A stretch of 64,000 nt of DNA, taken from NCBI GenBank assembly GCA_044892525.1, contig CM097885.1, positions 248,001 through 312,000 on the forward strand. The letters are read 5' to 3'. Shown here piece after piece: positions 58,429 through 64,000 of the stretch. Under the pieces are notes generated by a model. It was not told where the DNA came from. It saw nothing but the letters and a program-made list of their open reading frames with translations, and did no database searches. Source of the stretch: Schmidtea polychroa. Taxonomy: Eukaryota. The translations under genes and the position numbers were made by a program. Numbering within the stretch: the stretch's first letter is position 1; each line of letters begins with the position of its first letter.

Positions 58429-60763
58429 CTACTGTTCTTTCTCTTTTATGTCTCTTTTCACAGGTCTGATCGAAATTTAAGTGTAACAATGTATAGGCAG
58501 AATTTAATTCTCTACAACACGGCGCAATTACAATTTCAGTTTGGTGCTTTGTGTGTAATGCACACATGTTTTTACAATAAATTTGTATTTTTTCGCGCGC
58601 TTAACGTTATTTTCTTGGATTTTTATTCATTTAATATATAGATAAAATTTAATTTTCTATAAAATAGCTTGATTAAAAATTATGTCTCGTATGTTGTGTG
58701 TAATACACACATGTTTTTACGATAAATTTGTATTTTTCGCGCGGTTAACGTAATTTTCTTAGGATTTTATTCATATGATATATAGATAAAATTTAATTTT
58801 CTATAAAATGGATTGATTAGAAATTATGTATCTTGTTTTGTGTGTAATACACACATGTTTTTACGATAAATTTGTATTTATTATACGTTAACGTAATTTC
58901 CTTGTATATTTATTCATATATTATAGAGATAAAATTTAATTTTCTATAAAATGGATTGATCTAGAGTTTAAAATGTTGTATTATTTTATTACTTTGTTGC
59001 AATATTTTTATAATCTTATAACAATTTGCTTAAATATTTTACATCTGGTGAAATATTTCCGAAATATGTTATTACTTTGTTGTAATTTACTGAAAGACTT
59101 CACAATTTATTACAATATTCTTTTTTAATTTGTTGTCCGTCTTCGAAATAATGTATTGATTTGTCCCAATTAACATCATTATTTTATTACTTTGTTGCAA
59201 TATTTTTATTATTTTAGTTACAATTTGATAAATATTTTACAACTTTGTTGAAATTTTCTGAAATATGTTACTACTTTGTTGTAATATTTTCTAATCTTGT
59301 TACAATTTGTTTAAATATTTTACAACTGTTGAAAATTTATCTGAAATATGTTATTACTTTGTTACAATTTTATGAAAACGTTATTACTGTTTTGCAATTT
59401 GATGAAAAAATGATATTACTTTGTGAGTTCAACACATTATTTTTATTAAATTATTATGAAAATGTTAAATAAGTCAACTTTAGCGTCAAAATGTGTTTTA
59501 AAATTTAAGTTTTAAAATACTGCAATGTAATGCATGTATTTTTCCTACCCCTTCCTTGATTTTGATTGGTCAGAATATATTTATTTTTCCTACCCCTTCC
59601 TTGATTTTGATTGGTCAGGATTTAATCATGTGTAATATATAAGCAGTAACTTTTCAAATGTTTGTCATTTAAACTTTTAATTTAACCTATATAAGTGAAT
59701 AAATTTTTATTCTCTATCTAATATTAATGATTATTTTTTAGTGAACGGATGCAGTTTATATAAATTTTGTATTGCCGAAAGTCATGAAGATGTGGAGAAC
59801 TGTAAATCAGTTACATCATCATATTTCAAGATAAATGACTCTACCTTATCGGGTTACATATGTCCGGAATGTCTCATTATATCACCAGGTAGGTGGTTAA
59901 TATTTGTACGACAACACGGACACCATCTTAGAAGATTCGAAGAAACGAAGAGCAGGATGATCACTAAAAGTAATACTCTTTCTACTATTAACAATTATTA
60001 ATTTTTTATAGTACAATCGAAAATGAATACATCATACGATCCTAAGGAGATTAAAGATTATGTTACAAGTTATGTTATTTAAGTTGTTTAATATTAATTA
60101 TAAATATAGTTAGACAAAACTCTGGCACCACAAAACGAAAGTCAATATTTTACGGAAATGGAGACTCTAACATACAATTGTGTCCACGTCGGGAGTCTGA
60201 CTTAAACGGTTCTCGTGTTGAATTGACAAGCGATGTATCTGCAATTAATTCTCCTGACATTGTTGTTCCAGATTGTCTCATCAAAGAAATAGAAGATCAT
60301 ATTCAACGAATGGGGACAGTAAAAATCCAATTTGGACTTTGTGCAGAGTTTATCAAAGAGGATGGTGAAATTAAAAAATGGTGTTTGTCGAATAAAGCAA
60401 TTACAATGTCATCTTCATTTATTAATGATGGAATTGAAAAATTAAAAGAAAAGTTGGAGAAATACACTCAACAAAGTAGTGGGTGGAGAATTCATAAAAT
60501 ATTAGAAGTTACTATGATTTTAACTAAATTATCAGACATAATACATGTATCTGGTAAGATTATTTACATTATTATATATATAAATCAAGAGATTACTTAG
60601 GTTCAAGTTACATTAAAACGCCAAATTACCTGAAAAACTGTCAGGCTTTAGTTAATGTTCAAAACAATGATCAATTCTGTTTTTTATATAGCATACTAGC
60701 TGTGTTACGTTATGATGATATACGTCGGAATAGAGAAAGAACAACAAAATATAACTTAAGTGG

Positions 60764-60832
<69 letters not shown>

Positions 60833-63800
60833 AATGTCATAAATCATTGAATTTTGTTTTTAAGACTTAAAATGGAAATTTGAATGGTTTCCGATGAAGT
60901 TGGTTAACATTTGCCAATTTGAAGCAATTAATCCAAATCTAGCGATCAATGTTCTCAAATATAATAAAGATCCAATTAAACAAAAAACTAATGATATTTT
61001 CAAGAATCCGTTCATTGACTTGGTATATAGAAGTACTTCGACGGGATCTCAGATATATCTCCTATTGATTGAAGAAGGTAATATTTCCTTTAATCATTAA
61101 AAATATTAACTAAATTTAGAATTAAATTATCATTTTTTGGCTGTAACTAATCTCGATCGACTGCTGAATTACAGAGATAGAGTAGAAGGAGTCAGAATCC
61201 AATCACATTGGTGTCATACGTGTCTTCATGGGTTTCAAAAACGTCCTGCTTTTGAAAGACATATAGGTCTTTGTAGGAAGAATGTGGAGCGTACGACTCT
61301 ATACTCAATGCCAGAGAATAAATATATCGAATTTAAAGATTGGAGTAAAACTATAAAACAGCAGTTTGTTGTCTACGCGGACTTTGAATCGATATTACCT
61401 CTAGATGACAAACACTTCCAAAAACATGAGCCGATTGCATCTGAATTTGTGCTTCTCCATCAAGGTTGTCCGATCCGAAATGAAACATTTGTTGGGAAAA
61501 ACTGTATCATTCAGTTCATACAAGCATTGGATGATATAGCTACAGACATAGTTTATCCGTGGTATAAAATTAATGGATCAAAGGAAATGATGGAACTCAC
61601 TTGGGAAGAGCAGGAAGAATTCACGACTCAAACTCATTGCTACCTTTGTAAAAAGATTATCAATATACCTGTTCGAGATCATGATCATTTTACTGGTCAA
61701 TATCTCGGAGCAGCGTGTCAAGATTGTAATTTGGCTAGAAGAATCAATCCGTCTTTACCTGTTGTATTTCATAATCTTCGTGGATATGACATTCATCATA
61801 TATTAAAATATGCAATTGGAAAATTCCCAGATTGGAATTTAATTGTTATTCCTCAATCAACAGAAAAGTTTCTCACACTTACAGCGACATCGAAAGGCAG
61901 AAGAATTAGATTCATTGATTCTTTACAATTTTTAAATAGCAGCTTGGCAAATTTATCAAAAAACTTGCCACGTCTTCCACTTACTTCAAAGATTTTCAAT
62001 TCGCATCTAATAACTGGTAAAGGCATATTTCCTTATGATATTGCTACGTCAATGGATGTTTTACAGTCAATAACAGAATTACCATCGATTTGGGAGGGAG
62101 TTAGTCAAGAAGATTATATACATGCAAATCAAATCTGGCGACAATATAACTGTGAGACACTGCTAGATTACATGCTAGTATATCTCAAGTTGGATGTTTT
62201 TGTGTTGGCCGATGTTTTTGAAGCTTTCAGAGAAAAAACATTTGACGAAGATGGACTTGAGGCTTTATCGTTTGTTTCCATACCCGGATTAAGTTGGGCA
62301 TCAGCTATTAAACAGTTACCTGAACCGGTAGAACTTATTCAAGATCCAGAGCTTTACCGTTTATTTGAAGCTGGTATTCGTGGTGGAATGACATTTATCA
62401 ACAAACATCATGTTGAAGCTGATGAATCAACACAAATGTCATACCTAGATGTTAATAATTTATATGGATGGGCGCTGTCGCAAAAACTTCCTATTGGTGA
62501 ATTTAGATGGATAAATGATCAGACTGAAATGAATGGTATTGTTGAAAGATGTGCAAATGGGGATGAGTTTGATGGAGATCGTGGATATGTTCTAGAGGTT
62601 GACATCGTCATTCCTGATAGTATACAAGATAAGCTAGATGATTTACCTATAGCTCCTGAGCTTTGTTATCCACCTGGTAGTAGAGTTGAAAAGCTGTTGT
62701 TAACTCATGAGCCTAAGAAAAACTATGTAGTTAATGGTAGAGTTTTGACAGAGTGGTTGAGTTACGGCGCAAAATTCACAAAAGTTAATCGTGCTGTAGA
62801 ATTCAAGCAAGTAGCTATTTTCAAACGCTATATTGATTACAATACTCAAATGAGAGCAGCTAGTACAGATTCATTTCAGCGAGATTATTATAAGTTAAAG
62901 AACAACAGTTTATATGGTAAAACCGTGGAAAACCTTAAGAAACGTATAAATTTGAGATTATGCAGCAAAAGCAAAAGATTGATAACTTATTGTAGTAATC
63001 CTATGTTTCGTCGTAGCATCAAGATTGCGGATGATCTCATTGCTGTTATACTTGATAAGGAAATGGTGTGTTTAGATAGACCAATGTATATTGGACAAAC
63101 CGTACTTGATTTATCTAAACTTCGCATGTACCAGTTTCAATATAAAGAACTACAGAGTTATAGAGAAGAATTCAATTGTCAAATTAATATCGTAGCCGGT
63201 GACACAGATTCCTTCTTTTTAGAGTGTAAAAATGTTGATTTACGCTTACAACTGTATCCAAAAATGATTGCCGATGGGCTCCTAGATACTTCAAATTATC
63301 CGGTGACTGATCCATTGTTCTCAGATAAAATTTGTTCGGTAATCGGGAAATTCAAGGATGAGAATAAAGGAAATCAATATAAAGAATGGGTGTTTCTTCG
63401 ACCCAAGTGCTACTCACTCCAAGGAGATAAAAACACTCTAAAAGCCAAAGGAATAAGTCTTACAAATTCTAATATCACCCATGAAGCCTATAAAAAAGTG
63501 TATACTGATGGTGGAACAGTGAGCATCGAACAAAAGAGAATAGGAAGTGTTAATCATCAGTTGTATACTTTCATTACTGAAAAACGAGCTCTCCAATGTT
63601 TGGATGAAAAAAGGTATTGGTTCAATTCTAATGAAAGCTATGCCTACGGTCACTATAAGATTCGTCAAATGCATATCGCAACTGCTCCGTCTACAAATGA
63701 ATGCAAATCGAAACAAGAACTTTAACAATTAAATTTATGTGAATAATAAAATATATATTGTGAATTATTTGACTTCGTTAATTAAAATATGTTTTATCAT

Positions 63801-64000
63801 TTAATAATTCATTTGTCCAATTAATTTAGATAATTAGTTTTAAGTAAGAATTATTATTTATCATGAAAAACTTTGCTTTGTTTTGAAAAATTAATGCCCA
63901 TTTTATTTAAATTAACACAGCTTTATTTTATGATAATTACCAATTAAAATTTTATTCAAATTGAAAAATTACTAATTAAAATTTTATTCAAATTGAAATA
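58411..64000 (+). repeat. Right arm of the inverted duplication
   Basis: Mirror of 51758-57176; has one extra ~145-bp tandem unit (58560-58960 array) and a longer (TA)n. Confidence 0.96.
59741..63725 (+). CDS. Apparently intact, intron-containing Maverick protein-primed DNA polymerase B
   Basis: Introns 60554-60600, 60763-60864 and 61078-61119 join one open frame. Motifs YADFES, CYLC..DHDHFTG..C..CNL, FHNLRGYD, YLDVNNLYG, KLKNNSLYGK, GDTDS, KFKDE, PKCY. 5' exons upstream of ~60114 unresolved. Confidence 0.92.

Overview
AT-rich eukaryotic (invertebrate-like) DNA with 41-47 nt GT-AG introns and (TTA)n microsatellites, made up almost entirely of large mobile elements. The host is not identifiable from this window; a flatworm-like genome is a guess. 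(1) 12796-42807 is a very young, complete 30 kb Ty3/Gypsy-type LTR retroelement on the minus strand: 4.2/3.7 kb LTRs, TGTTGG..CCAACA ends, GTCC TSD, tRNA-Pro PBS. Its two long ORFs appear to be one ~4,600 aa polyprotein broken by a small deletion, in the order Gag(CA, 3xCCHC) - ubiquitin-like domains - Bcl-2-like domain - signal peptide + chuvirus-like envelope glycoprotein - PR - RT - RNaseH - IN - ankyrin repeats - membrane protein. Separate cargo ORFs include a full-length TRAF, an IAP-type RING protein and coiled-coil/membrane proteins, each behind its own splice acceptor. (2) 43251-~51250 is the left part of a Maverick/Polinton: AGTAG terminus, packaging ATPase, core protein, integrase, truncated minor capsid. 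It also carries a TBP homologue, an intron-containing Bcl-2 homologue and a 28S rRNA 3' fragment. (3) ~51760-64000 is a >5 kb-arm inverted duplication of an intron-containing protein-primed PolB gene around a 1.27 kb spacer bounded by Maverick-like AGTAGT..ACTACT ends. (4) 1-12.2 kb holds a decayed PolB of another Maverick family, a Gypsy integrase remnant, two hAT derivatives and poorly resolved spliced host-like genes. All protein assignments are by-eye motif recognition, not database searches.
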